A stretch of 64,000 bases of DNA from Iphione sp. A-MEVVRFRX5 (GCA_976226885.1 OZ320323.1:25978001-26042000), one strand, 5' to 3'. Counted from the first letter of the stretch, positions 50,031 through 63,836 are shown. The notes: generated by a model not told the origin, from the sequence alone. Program-made: numbers and translations.

Positions 50031-50686
50031 GTACAGTATTTTGCCCTCTTTCCTTCGTCACCCCCCCCCCCCCCCGATTGCTGTAGTTTGTGCTCAGATC
50101 GAAATATACTGTTGGCGGAAGTTATCAGAATCATGAAAGGATTAAAATGAACATAGAACCATCGAATAATCTTGTACATAGTGCAATGAATATGCATCCG
50201 TTAAAAACTCCATTTAGAATGTCGAAAACAGAACTCATCTCCTTTGCACAACAAAGAAGCATCTTTGCTCTGTAAAAATAATATATATAACTCTTGTTTA
50301 ACTTTCAAATGGGAGCTTATTTCCTCACACGGTAGCCACCATATTCAGCAAGTCCCCCCCCCACACACACATTTTCCCAGCCAACAGTATCATCTGCCTG
50401 AAACTATGACTCAACCTAAGAGGTACAATATCAGTCCTTGAGTGCGTGTAACAGAACATGTCATGACTGACAACTTTTCAATTCAATTGTTATGTTTTTT
50501 TTCTTTAAGGAATAATAAAAACCCAATCTGCAAATGTTCAGTATTTCTTAAACTGTTTAGAAAGTATTCCCTAAAACATAGAGGGCCAATCCAAAGTTCC
50601 TTTTTGCGGAAGCCCCTTTCTTGGTCCAAAATTCATATTTGAATTAAAATGTCAGTTTTCAGATATGTTTTGAATGCTTTTCACAG

Positions 50687-50798
50687 GTACAGTTGCTATT
50701 CAGCCTGAAGATCTGATAGTGTCGGAAGATGTGGGTGCAGTCCACTTCAATGTGGTACTATCAGACAACTTCAGTACAGGGAAGACATTCAATATAGC
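50687..50798 (+). CDS. Calx-beta repeat protein, exon 4 (domain 2, N-half)
   Basis: tcacag| acceptor; TVAIQPEDLIVSEDVGAVHFNV; |gtaagt donor; 112 bp, phase 1-2. Confidence 0.85.
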
Positions 50799-50829
50799 GT
50801 AAGTACACCAGCAGAATTAGTCTTATAAA

Positions 50830-51135
50830 TTACTCATAATTATAACTCATGAAGAGTGTATATGAATGAGAAGTACGTCGTTAGCATAAGGCATGAAGGT
50901 CATGTGAAAATGAGAAGTAAATAATAATTATTACTCATGAAAATGATGTATGAATGAGAAGTAGGTCACAACCATTACTCATAAGGGTTATGCGTTAATG
51001 TAAAGTAGGTCATAAGGGTTATGTATGAATAAGAAGTAGGTCATTATCATTACTCAGGAAGGTTGTGTATTAATGAGAAGTGGGTCATAATCATTACTCA
51101 TAAAGATAATGCATGAATGTGAGGTAGTTCATAAC
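50830..51135. repeat. Degenerate ~41-bp minisatellite in intron 4
   Basis: Recurring CATTACTCATAA and TATGAATGAGAAGTAGGTCA blocks, about 7 copies. Confidence 0.8.
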
Positions 51136-52199
51136 CGTCAGAGAGGCAGATGATATCTCGTGCTTCCTTTTATTGACCAAATAGATCCTTTGTTGTTACT
51201 CTGATGAGAAGTGCACCTTCGGCCCACGCCTACCGAACCGTTATTCCATAAATTTTCTCCATATCCCGGTGAATTCTAAAGAAAAAACAGCTGACCTTTC
51301 CTTTGTTTTATTAAAGTCTCGTATCTCCAAAAACTCATATCCAAATAAAATTGTAAGTAACAGATCTTGTTCAGTGGGCCAGTTGTAGATATTTATGAAG
51401 GGAATACTTACAAGCAGATCTTGTGTAGAGTTGTATTGGATAAAGCGGGCAAGTATCGTAGATAAGAGAACAAGAAACAAGTGAAAGGATAAAAGAGTAG
51501 GGGAGTCATGATTTTTAGGATAATTTCACTTGTCGCTGTGTCATTGCTTTTATCGGGGTAGGATGCATGTCATAACCATTTTGCGCCATTGCCAATTCAA
51601 CTATTAATGAGATGGTATTTTTCGGATAATCCTAACTAATATGTCTGCTGTATGTGTACCAGATTTGAGGAAATTTCACAGAAGTCTTAGGAGTTAATAC
51701 ACCTTGACCAAGTAGTCGACCATTGAGGAAGTTGTCAATGTAATAAATTATTTTAAGTTGAACGCACAAACAACACACTGAAGTACATTTTTAGGCGGCT
51801 TTATTAACAATTAACAATGTAATAAATTGTTAATGGCAAGAATCAGCCAGAGGAACTTCTATGTAGTGAGGGTAGTGTTTGTAGGTGACCCATCCTCTGT
51901 CCAAATGATCTACATTGACCCTTCATGCTTTGCTCTTCATACACTGAGGGCTCAATGAAAGGAAGGCAGGAGAGATTTCAAGCCTTTGTTTTATCCAACG
52001 ATCAACAATACTTTGGGATTCCTGCCCCCAACATCAGGCAGTGGACTGTACATAGGATAGTTCAATGAAACAAGGACGGACTACTGTAAACATCCAGATC
52101 TTTGCATTTAATGATTTAAAAGGTACTATGCTTTGTATCTTGAAATCTTGATGTCAGTATAGGCTTTAGGGACAAAATGCACAATAGTATTTAAGGCTC

Positions 52200-52800
52200 A
52201 TTTATCCCTGGCTCATATGTTTTCCAGCAGGCCCCTAAAGAATGAACATGCGAATCTTTGTTGTAAAACTGCTGCAAACCTGAATCTGTATGGGGACTAG
52301 ATATGCTAAATTGTAAACCTGGGAATGAAGTGAGATGTTTATCCTAGTATAGAACGTATATGGGATAGCAGAGGGAGAAATGGTGCTGATTTATCCATAT
52401 AGGAAACATTCAGGGAGAGCATCCCCCTTGAGGCTATCCTTGTTCATAACCAGTATAAGCATTGGGTTAAGACCATTCCATAGCCTGGGCTCTTTGTATG
52501 CTATGGATTTGCGATTTTTCTGTTTTGGATATCGAGACACTTGATATGTACCTGAAGGCGATCTGCCAACACATTTGACTTGGAGGATAAGGCGATAATG
52601 TTAAAAGGCCATAGCCATATCGATGTGGTGCAAGCTGTGAACAGACATCCGACGATGAGGGATTTCCGGAACCTGTAGCAAATTCTTAAAGTTTGCCTTG
52701 AGGGTCACTGTTCTCATACATGCAGAAGTACCCACAAGTGGCCGGGGTAGATAAGTCTTTAGGATCAGCTGCCACATTCAGGTACACATACTTCACTGGT
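52200..52800 (-). mobile_element. Decayed LINE 3' fragment in intron 4
   Basis: KNRKSIAYKEPRLWNGL at ~52466-52520; GCCAGGGATAAA at 52201-52212 resembles the 3' ends of LINEs B and E. Confidence 0.55.
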
Positions 52801-52835
52801 CAGGCCAAAAAAAAATAGGTGTGTTTCTGGTTACC
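52801..52835. mobile_element. Single end of the AGGCC MITE family
   Basis: CAGGCCAAAAAAAAATAGGTGTGTTTCTGGTTAC, nearly identical to 57782-57812. Confidence 0.55.
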
Positions 52836-54448
52836 CACCCCTACCTAGTAAAACTTCACCATACCTAAAAATGTAAACGTATCTTTTCCTTCAACGAAAA
52901 AGGTTGTCTCGGGTCAAAAGAGGGGGAGCATCAAAGGCCTGCACCGTCTGCGCTCCGATCTCAGATCGATGAAGTATAAAACATAGTTTGACACGCAATT
53001 CTAACTATGATTCTTTCTGGATGGGGCACAGTGGCTCATACAAGGCGCATGAATGCGGCAGGTGGGATTTTCTGCTTTCCCTGCACTTGCTGGCCCTTAA
53101 TTTACTTCAGGGCGCTAAGTGCAAAGTGGCGGGGGTGGGGAGGAGAAGAAAGCTGTAGACACTTACGCATGGCTGGTCTAGTGTTGAGTACTCTGCGTGT
53201 TGAAGACAGGTATACTTGAAGTAAATACCTACTTCAGGGATGGTATAAGGTACAATTAGCCATGCGTTTTGGGCATAAACTCCAACTCACGTTGACATCA
53301 TCACCATGTGATCAAAGGAGAGAGAGAAGCTGCAGGCTGTCTAGGATTCATGCAATCAAATGTCAAGTGTTACAGCTTAAAGGCTATTAAAATAACTCTA
53401 CTAAACTTACAGAGCAACGTATGTTCTATCTTTGTCTGTAATATATTTCATACACTGTACTTGTAGCATCTTCAAACTACCTATAAGTGTCATTAGCTCC
53501 AATTTCAGATACTTTTGTTTATCTCCTCTTCTGCACTTGCATCTTATGCATTAGTGGCGGTCCTAACTGATTATCGAGGCAAACACTCGACACCATACTA
53601 AGCTGACTTCGCATCCTGTTCCTGTTCACTATCTTGTGCCCAAGAGGCCTGTAAAGTTAATGAGTGTTAATCGGGAGTCAACAATAGAATGGGAGTGGTA
53701 ACTGTTGATGCAAAAAATCACGGTTCTCCTGGTGTGGGTGTTGACAGACTAATGTGGTAGGTGAGGCATTTCCTTTATGCAGTATTTTGGCATGTACAAC
53801 ACAATCTGTACGAGACGTATCACATTTCTTTCTTATGAATGTATAGCAAATAATTACCTGCTCATTTGGTGCAATTAGTCTTTCCCAAAACATACAGGCA
53901 AGAATACTTCCCTTTTGTATGCTTCTATACCTACCAGTTGATGTTTCTTCTCTATCTTTTTTGACGTCAATCATATGTTTTGGGGGAAGATAAAAGGTAA
54001 TTCTCCTCGATGTCGACCGACTTGATGTGAGGAACTATACGCGTGTGGAGGTTACGGAGAGGTCAGATTGATCTCGATGAATTTTACGGAAAGAGTTCCG
54101 TATCCAGTTCTGGTGAATTTAGTATGCCTGCATGCGTGGGGTAGGAAAAGACAATGTAACAATGTGAATATAACCTAGTTATCGACATCACACATACCTA
54201 TGTCTCTCTGGCTTTAGTACTTGCAAATATCATCGATCAGCCAGAGAAGAACCCCCTTTACACAACAATACATGGACAGAGTCATGAAGACGATTTTATT
54301 AAAGAACTTTCGAAATATCAGGAGGGACAAAAGGAAATATAAGGATGTCATGTATGTGTTTCTGTCCGATATCGCCCACACTGTGCGATGATGAAAGTGT
54401 ATGTCCATTTCTCTTCTTAATTATATTAATTATATTTCATATGTTCAG

Positions 54449-54675
54449 ATGGACGGTCCTCTACACCTCAGCATCTACTTCTGACATTTTCCCGTTAAAT
54501 GGAACAATAGAAGTATCACGTACTAATCCGCAGTCGTCCATCGCTCTGACTCTTGCGAATGACACTATTGTGGAGGGAAACGAGTCCTTCTCCGTTGAAC
54601 TGACAGTGAACCCTGAGGATTCGTCTATGTTGGCTGTCAACGGATCTGCAACAGTGCTCATAGTGGATGATGACG
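54449..54675 (+). CDS. Calx-beta repeat protein, exon 5 (domain 2, C-half)
   Basis: ttcag| acceptor; LANDTIVEGNESFSVEL..ATVLIVDDD; |gtaaag donor; 227 bp, phase 2-1. Confidence 0.9.
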
Positions 54676-55989
54676 GTAAAGTGTTCTCGGGCAGAAATAT
54701 GTGGTACTCATTAATACTCGTGCTTGCAATCATAGGGGATGTCAAATCCTTGACTCAGATTTTATCGACTATGTCCTTTCAATAAAAAGTATAACGTTCG
54801 GTACACAATGGTGTATTTTGGAATCTTCCCACTGCTAGTAGATCTACAGGTTAATTCAATATTTTTGCAATGGACTAGACAACATTGTTCTACAAAACAA
54901 GTTATCACATTAGGAAATCGGACTCGAAACTATCTATCAGTGACATTGGTACTGTTCAGGCTTTCATGCATTTTCTTGTCGAAATTATTCCCTGAGCTCT
55001 GGTGCGACAATTTGCTTTGACTTCGATATTCGGTTCTACCATGAACTCACAAAGTATTTTACTGCATTCCTTTACAGTTTATCAGTTGCTCTATTTTCCG
55101 GCCGTAGGAAACTTGAATTGCAAAGCTTTAAACAATAAATTGTGCATGTCTTCTAGATACATTTATTGTCTGTACCCTTGCTTCATTCATTTTGAAACAT
55201 ATGCTCTTAAGACTGAGCGGAGAGTTGACATGTGACCATCAAAAGTTAATTCAAATCCAAAATGTCATCACTTTGAACTTCAAAGCCGTGATTTACATGA
55301 TCTAGGGAGGATGTATGGAACATAACGGGCCCTAGCAAAGCGTCTGTCTAGATACAGGTATACCACTTGTAACAAAACACCCGATAACAAAGCTTCTTTA
55401 TAACACAATTCAGTCCACCGTCTATACATGTATACCTATGTTACAGGTGAACTAAAACGGGAAGGGGTATACATAGTCATAACGAATACAACAAAACATT
55501 ACTTATTAGTAAATTTCAATTATTAGATAAGAGTATATTTTGCTGAAACGACGTCCTTCTCATAGCAAAGTTTCTTGCAAAAATGTTAACTCAAGGCGGT
55601 CACCGTTTTCATTAACAGCGGTATTCTTGTACTGTATCAGAATTACAAATCTGGGCACAAGCTATCAGGAGATATAACACCTTTCATCCAGTTGCACAGT
55701 ACCACCATTACATTTATAAGTGTTACAAATGTATATTTACCTGTAACACAGCAAATCATAATTGTATTTCTTTTCATTTTGGAATTAAGTTTATATATCA
55801 CTGTAAATACTTACTTTAAAAAGGTTTTGAAGCTGGACCGGCTATTTACCTGTACCTTCCATAATTTAGGTGGAAATAACAAAATATAATTTGACTTCTT
55901 TTCTTTGCTGACTCAAACCATTACAATGATAGCGTGCGCATCCATTTATTTACCAAGTACGCTTATCATCCCATATATCCTTTTGACAG

Positions 55990-56110
55990 TTGCCCAGGTC
56001 GAATTCCTTCAGACAAGCCCAAAAACAGTCAGGGAAGACGTTGGAAACGTTACTTGTCAAATAGTCTTAAGCGGTACGTCGGCAGAACCGACCCCTACTC
56101 TTGAGCTTGG
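55990..56110 (+). CDS. Calx-beta repeat protein, exon 6 (domain 3, N-half)
   Basis: tgacag| acceptor; AQVEFLQTSPKTVREDVGNVTCQIVL; |gtgagt donor; 121 bp, phase 1-2. Confidence 0.88.
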
Positions 56111-57781
56111 GTGAGTATTTAAAAAAAGATTAAAATTACAAACTTAATTCCGTTCTTTCCCCCTTGGGCATCGTAATATATACTGCATGTAAGTACGTGT
56201 ATAACCATGTTTTCATTGACTGGTGCAGTATTACAGTTTTAGATTTGTATTAAATCAAAGTGGAATTAAACACATTTCTATGTTGCGCTTATATTAACAT
56301 AAAAACGAATGACGTATGAACATTACAGTATTCAGACATGAGGCTGGGCCTCTGAATTGCTGATAACAAGCACTCCCTTTCCTTCACTTTTCTCTCCTTT
56401 GAAACTTCGACGGGACAATTCTTCTGGAAATAAAGCACATGTAAAATTACCTTTGTGGGACTGCTGACTTCAAGGCACAAAGGATAAAATGTGTGGTATT
56501 GATTAGTTGTTTTTAAAAAGGGTGACTGTTTCATCTTTCCGTTTGCCAGAGTGGTTGCTGTTCATTAATAGGGCTTCCTTTCTAGATTTTCAAATAAAAA
56601 GGCGTTGATTACAGTGCCCGCTCTGACTAAATTCCTCAAGAACAGTTTCCCTATATCCCATGTCCTGTGCACAAGAGAGCTTCTTTCTACCACCTGCGTG
56701 GATGCGCCCCCTATAGAGTAGGTGACTGTCCCACGCTGCTGCCCTCTCATGGCGAATGCTGGAGATAGAATTGTGGGATCTCTTCTTAACTGAGCTCTTC
56801 ACTAGAAGCCGGATGTTACAACCTTACTCCAGAATTGCTTTACAATATACTATAATACTGAATCCGTGGTTCACTGAAACTTCGTCCACTTTCAACGGCT
56901 TCATGTCAGAGCTACAAAGTCTCGTCTTCTCGCATGCCCTTACTTGCCCCTGTTGTTTGGCCCAGCTGCAAAGCGTTGATGTTTTCCAGCCAACGGCCCT
57001 CATACGCCTTGATTAGTGACCTTAGCCAAGGTTAGATGTCACTACATAAATAAACCACCATATATCTGCATGTACTGCACAATTGTCTCAATAGTGTGGC
57101 ACAACAATTGTCATTATTGCTCGTATAGTGGAAGAAATCTATGAGGAACCTTAAAATAAAAGACCTAAACATTATTTGCGATGATATGAACCGTCCAGGT
57201 TTTAAGCTATACAGTCTGCTGGTTTTCTAGATGAGTTTTGTCCCATTATCCGTGTATAATCCGTGTTTTGTTGTCCTTTAGCAGCTCTGTTTAACTAAAT
57301 AAAACAAGGATATTTGCATATATGAAAAATCATGATTAAAAGCGTACGTAGGACTTTACGCTCACAAGCAGATCTCACGCGTTTCTGGAAAAATGTGGAG
57401 ATAGCATGCAAATCATTTAACGAGCATAGTATTGCAGTATTAACTTATGATTTTGATTTAGCAGTTTCCATAAATCATCTTTCCTTGTACAATATCATGT
57501 GTATTTTTGTCCGCGTCCTTTTTAGTTTATTCCTGTTGAATCGATCAAATGAAAGTCGCTGCCGGCCACGAAGCCTGTACAGAAACCACGTCATTATAAA
57601 GGATCTTTTCTTCTGAGAGTATTCGATAGCTCGTGACATACCTCTTTTGTAAAGAGCCTCTGTGATTCAGGTTGCTGGATTAGAAACCTTGGAGTCACCC
57701 TTGATGTTGATTTGATCTGATCCCATGAGTTTTGTGCTACCAAGACAGAATGCAGTACCGGCAGCACATTGAACTCATGGA

Positions 57782-58133
57782 TAAGGCAAAAAATAGGCGT
57801 GTTTCTGGTTACAATAAGCCAAAAACCTAGGTAGGGAGGGGGGAATCTTTTTGAAAAAATTGTTTTCCACTTTCTTCCTCTGGTACTAAATAAACAAAAA
57901 GATAATAATTATGAAGAATTTAGACCAATTTGCAGGTGTTTTACAGTTTTTTCTGAATTTCCATAGATTTTGTTGTTTTTCTACTGAGTTTACCAAAAAC
58001 ATGCTGTGAAAACACATATCTATGGAAATTCAGCCTTAGAAACTCTTTGGGGCCAAAAATCGTTTAGGTAAGGGTAAGGTAAAGGGAGAGTAACCAGAAA
58101 CACCTATTTTTTTTGGGGGGGGGGGAGGCCTAA
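57782..58133. mobile_element. MITE (AGGCC family) in intron 6
   Basis: AAAAAATAGGCGTGTTTCTGGTTAC versus GTAACCAGAAACACCTATTTTTTTT, an inverted repeat of ~24 bp, ending GGCCTAA. Confidence 0.8.
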
Positions 58134-58464
58134 GTCAGTGTTTGGGATTTACGTGTTACCCGTAGATTCTCCATGGGTTCGACCGATATTTGTAACTAAA
58201 ACAACTTGTGGCAAGTCCGGGATTTGCTTTGCCAGATTCGTCGTGATTGATTGACGTTTTTGCGCTCTTCTTCTCTATCTACAAAGTTATGTACTAGACA
58301 GAAATAAAGAGACCGAAGATGTGGGAGGAGTCCCGGAACACCAGTATGAGAAATAGCAGGAGTCATTTTAGAACGATGTTATTTGTATGGAACTCCTAGG
58401 TAGAATGTAGCATTCGTGAAAACCTTAATTCAAATGATAAAAGCTAACGCTTTTGCTCCAACAG

Positions 58465-58688
58465 GTGGACAATCTTCGATGGCGAGATGAATCTGATAAC
58501 TAATGGCACACTGTTGTTAGATCTGGCCTTACAGGATGCAAATAGTAGTTGGGAGATAAGTTTCCCAATTTCTAACGACAGTTTAGTGGAAGAAACCGAA
58601 ACGTGGACAATAATGATACACAGCTCGTCCAGCAGTGTGTCTATAGTCGGCCCACCTATCAGAGATATAATTTTGGAGGATGACGATG
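58465..58688 (+). CDS. Calx-beta repeat protein, exon 7 (domain 3, C-half)
   Basis: caacag| acceptor; ISNDSLVEETETW..IILEDDD; |gtaaga donor; 224 bp, phase 2-1. Confidence 0.88.
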
Positions 58689-59013
58689 GTAAGAATTTAT
58701 AAGAAAACTTGCCTTCGAAAATCCTGAAAACGTTTTCATAAGGCTCTGCCTGAATCCTTTATAACATTCGAGAATCCATTACAGACATCCTGCCTGTGAA
58801 AATTAAACGGTTTGTAACATGATCAAATCAGTACTGAACAGGTCAATCCAGTACAATGCATATGGTATAGTTGGTTCACAGTATATTGGAGCAATAGCGC
58901 ATACTTCTTTTAAAAATTGGTTTCCATAGTATTCTTGATTAAAATTACCCTATGAACCGACTACAGGTGTAAAAGATACAATAATTAGCGTTCTTATTAA
59001 TGAAAAGTTACAG

Positions 59014-59122
59014 TTATAGGCTTCACCAACTCAACATCTCTGATCAGTGAAGGGGATGGAGAACTAATACTTCAAGTCCTATTACTGGAAAATGTAACTC
59101 CACTACCAGGTTCCACCTTTGG
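59014..59122 (+). CDS. Calx-beta repeat protein, exon 8 (domain 4, N-half)
   Basis: ttacag| acceptor; IGFTNSTSLISEGDGELILQV; |gtaagt donor; 109 bp, phase 1-2. Confidence 0.88.
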
Positions 59123-60177
59123 GTAAGTATACATGTAATAACAATCTCAACTGCAGCTTTTGAATTAGATATTGTTAAAACACGTATTAATACTTTGTAT
59201 TTTGTCCCCTGCTGTTATAATTACATAGAGAATAGTTCAAAAATAAAATCAATTCGTCGTTGATAGAAATAAAAAATATACTCTGGATAAGAATATTGCT
59301 CTATGTTTCTGAAAACGTTGCGATTACTGCACTTTCCAACTAAGCTATTAAAAATATGTAAATGTTCATTTGACAATTCACATAGTTTGAAGGAATGCTA
59401 TGAATGAAAGCACATTTGACGCACTTGAAGGCAATGCCACAGGTGAAAGGTTGTTTGACAAGTTAGTGCTTGAAAACTGTAAGTGAAGGTCACTTACACT
59501 TTCCAATGCTTTAGAGATAGCGCTCTAGGTATAAGGTCACTTGACCATTGACAGTGTTTAGGGACTCCTTTCGAGTATTTCTTATCTCCTATTATCTGAG
59601 GGCTCTTTTGACATATCACACTTTGAGCTCTCCTTAGCTCTCTCTTCATTGTTTGAGAAATTCTGACTTTCAAAGAGTAAATTATTCAGTCCTTTTTAAC
59701 TTTATAAGGACGGATAATGCCTTCAGGTATTCCCAGCATAGGACAGATAATGCCTTCAGGCATTATCTAAAGTAATAGTTTAACCATCATTCTTATCAGA
59801 AAAAGTCACAGTATGACATTTACAATTTTATATATTACTGAATTCCAAGCATATCCTGTAGAAACATACAATGAACTTCTTTTTTCTTGTATATTTGGTC
59901 GGAAAGTAAAATAATATTTATATTTTTATATACCACCCCGCCTCCTGGAGACCTTATTGTGTTATTGCCCCACCTTAATCAGAATTCATCCCCAAACCTG
60001 CTGACCTTAATCGGTTAACAATCAAATACAAGTAAAGACAAGCAATAAAAATCGAAAGTTAAACGGAAATCAACATGAATTCTTCCAGTTTGACAACAGT
60101 CATGATTTCTCACAAAAATATCTGATTCTCTCATTAACACAGAAGCATTTATCCTTCCTTTCTCCTCTACTTGATAG

Positions 60178-60404
60178 ATGGAGTATTCAATTAGAAAGTG
60201 CCAATGAAGATGATTTCATGACAGGGTTGAATGGCAGCATATCTATATCACCTGGGGAAACTCAATGGGATGTTACAATAGGAATATTTGATGACGTGGA
60301 AGTAGAAGAGTCAGAGGCATTCACAGTCCTGTTGACATCATTCCATCCTTCTATTGTTATTGGCACCTATACTAACCATAGTAGTAATATTCATGACAAT
60401 GATG
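60178..60404 (+). CDS. Calx-beta repeat protein, exon 9 (domain 4, C-half)
   Basis: tgatag| acceptor; ISPGETQWDVTIGIFDDVEVEESEAF..IHDND; |gtaagt donor; 227 bp, phase 2-1. Confidence 0.92.
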
Positions 60405-60526
60405 GTAAGTCCATGAGAATATTTGCACTTGCTTTAATTAAGCTAATTTAGGGAGAAAAGTACCTATTCTATAATAAGGTGCTTTACCTGCTGTAGTTAG
60501 TCAGATCAATGAAGTTATAGTAAAAA

Positions 60527-62136
60527 CCCAGTCAGGAATGTGACCTCACACTGAGCTAACAGTGACCTCATATCATGAGCTCATGCTGAACTCAATTTGT
60601 AACCTCACGGTTACCTCACAGTGAGCTCACATTGTGACCTCACAGTGTGAGCTCACTATGAGCTCAGACTGACCTCACACCATGAGTTCAGTAGCTCACC
60701 CTGAACTAAATTTGTAACCTCACAGATACCTCACAGTGATCTCACACTGTGACCTCACAATGTGAGTTTACTCTGATGTTAACTTGATGCGCCATTTCTT
60801 CCAACATTATTCTTGGTTACTTGCCATTCATTCTAAATAAATGGCCTGCTTTAAGAATGTAAGCAAATGCAGAGGTCAAGAATATAAAAAAGAAAAACTT
60901 TATTTTTCTTTACTTATGTCCATACTGGAAAACATGCAGCGAAATCGGTGACTTTTTCGACGACTTTACAGCATTCTAGAGGCTCTTCACACACTTGTGA
61001 AGACAACAAAACCTTTTCTGACCATGGTAGTGGTTCCTTGGAGGGCTTGGGACAGTAATTCACACAGAATTCCAACCATATGACAGGCATACCTCCATCA
61101 CGAAGCATAAACAAATATGGCAGCCGTCGGACGGTCCTACAACGTTTTCGGCGATCTTGGGACATCCCACATCCATCACACACACTTCTGGACCTATAAT
61201 ATCACTGCTAAACTTCTTCACATCATTGTTAGACCTCCCTACATGACTTGGGGAGTTTGTACACTCACATTTTCAGTGATATCAGGGCTGTACAACTGTT
61301 ACAATTTGTAAACAAAGATGGCGGCCGTCGGACGTTACTGTGGGCATCTAGCACTTCTAGACCACTGATAATATCCTTATGCCTTCATTCCCACACTAGG
61401 GATTCAAAACACAGTTCAAATCACCTACTCACATTCTATCTCAGTACAGATGAGAAAGGGTTCCAGTCCTACTGTCCACTTGACAAAATAAATCTGACAT
61501 GTTTGTCCTGGTCAGCCATTCCATGTGCTCCTCCTTGCTGAGCAAATCTTTATCTTCTTCCATCCACTCACTTTCAGATGGAAAACATGGTCTAAACTTC
61601 TCCCACATGGTCCTTGTACATTTAACTTACAGTTGCACATGCTTTTTCCACAATCCTCGTTACCAGAATGTTGTATTTGTGGGTAGAAGATGGAGTAAAT
61701 AAGGTAGCAACTCACATGTTGGATTCAAGATGGCAGAACCTTTTATTCAGGTCTCACAACACAATACAATATACAACACATTCAAATCGAGTTTGTGATG
61801 ATACCTTATGAAGGTCTCACTTGAAATGAATGGTACAGTGAATAAATGTTCCTCCTGCACTTCAATAGAGCTTAAGTAGTGGATTGAAGGTGGTCTACAT
61901 GACATGATACAGTACATGTGAGCTTACAGCTGTGAGGTATTTGTGAGCTAACTGTGATGTAATACATGTGAGCTCACAGCTGTGAGGTATCTGTGAGCTC
62001 ACTGTGATATAAGACATATGAGCTCACAGCTGTGAGGTATCTGTGAGCTCACTGTGATATAATATATGTGAGCTCACAGCTGTGAGTTTCCTGTGATCTC
62101 ACTGTGACATCTACGTTAGCTCATGTCTTGACTGGG
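60527..62136. mobile_element. Non-autonomous CMC/EnSpm-like foldback element in intron 9
   Basis: Termini CCCAGTCAGGA...TCTTGACTGGG with AA on both flanks; inverted subterminal arrays rich in GTGAGCTCAC/ACCTCACA (60540-60770 and 61915-62120, 50-bp period on the right). Confidence 0.75.
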
Positions 62137-62432
62137 AACCCATACATGTGTTTGGATAAAGGGTGAAGGGTCAGGTGACCTTTAACTCAAAATACATAAT
62201 TTGCATTGGAATGCTAGCATCAATTGTTCACATTCAATTTTATGAAAAACAAAATACAGATATTGCATTAGGCTTTAAATAGTTCCTGGTAATACACCCT
62301 AGATAAAGAATAAGGTCCCACATTCATTTTTACAACATGGATCATACTTCCCAGATTGTAAGTGCTCTGTGAACTAGCCAATATGGCTACTACAAGTATG
62401 TAAAAATATTTCTATCTGAAAAAAAGTTGCAG

Positions 62433-62541
62433 TGATAGGTTTCATGACTTCAACATCTGTCGTCAATGAAGGGGATGGTCAACTTGTCCTTACAGTGGCA
62501 TTACTGGGAAATGTAATTCCAATACCAGACTCTACCTTTCA
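62433..62541 (+). CDS. Calx-beta repeat protein, exon 10 (domain 5, N-half)
   Basis: ttgcag| acceptor; IGFMTSTSVVNEGDGQLVLTV; |gtaagt donor; 109 bp; paralogous to exon 8. Confidence 0.9.
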
Positions 62542-62862
62542 GTAAGTGCACATCATGAAAGTTTATTCTCACTCATGTTATTATCCATCCAATACTTCCA
62601 CAAACTTGTAATACTCAAAGATTTCAGGTAGTTCAATGGAAAGCCATTTGAAGTTCTAACCACCAGGTAATGTGGCACTGTAGGTCCAGCTAATGAAATA
62701 GCAGGTTACAAATATACTTTGGCAATCACACAAATCGATGAGATCCCGAGTAATCGACCAAGTCGCCAATTCATGCATTCAGAACTCAGCTAAAGTGGTA
62801 AGGATGTGTGCTGATACTCATTTGAGAAAATATCTTATCAAAACGTTTTTTTTGCTTAATAG

Positions 62863-63089
62863 ATGGGAGATTCAATTAGGAAGTGCCAGTGAAGATGATT
62901 TCACGGCAGGGTTGAATGGCAGCATATCTATATCACCTGGTGAAACTCAGTGGAATGTTATAATAGGAATATTTGATGACATGGAAGTTGAGGTATCAGA
63001 AACATTTACTGTTCTTCTGGAATCATCCCACCCTTCAATTGTAATAGGAAACTATACAAGTGTTGCTGCTGTTATCCTTGACAATGATG
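62863..63089 (+). CDS. Calx-beta repeat protein, exon 11 (domain 5, C-half)
   Basis: taatag| acceptor; IFDDMEVEVSETF..ILDND; |gtgagt donor; 227 bp; paralogous to exon 9. Confidence 0.92.
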
Positions 63090-63836
63090 GTGAGTCCAGA
63101 CAGAGAATATAATTCTTTTTATCTGAATTACTATGAGAGTAAAAATGAGTCTTTCTGGTCAAAGTTTGAAGTAAGGAGGCGTAAACGTTGAACATTTTTT
63201 GTGGACCTATGTCAAAGGACAATTAAATTTCCATTTCTCCTAGAGAGGATTTAATCTATACTTGAATTAAATAAATTTGTTCGAATTTTGTCCGCTTACA
63301 TTTGGTTCTTCTTGAACGATCTTTCGTGGACATTAAGGGGACGAAACAAAACTGAACACATGTCAACATTCATATCTATATATTTGTCGAGCAGATACCT
63401 TTTAGTGTCTGTATATGGCCACCCTCACTTTCCAACATTAAGTGGTCGCAGATGTTTCGGTCGGTTACTGAGATAGTATATGTTGGTGAATATTCATATT
63501 CTACTCATAAATAAAAGAAAGTTTTGTCAGTTAAAGTGTAGTCGATAATTGAGGTACGACTGTTTGTGATATACATGGTCAATGTGTTCTCATCTTCATA
63601 TAGGAGTGCTACATGTATATTGTAAGCAATATAAACTATAAACACATGTAGATGAAAAGCCCAAACTGGAGATAATCCACTTAAGCATCAGGAAATAATC
63701 AAACCTTATCTCTTCCTATTCATACTTTCCTGCCAAACCAGATAACCAAATAAAACCACAATCCTCACTTGCCATTTTCTGGCCCTAAGGATAAGCTATT
63801 GTATTATATTCATGGCAAATGTTTTTTTGTTTTCAG

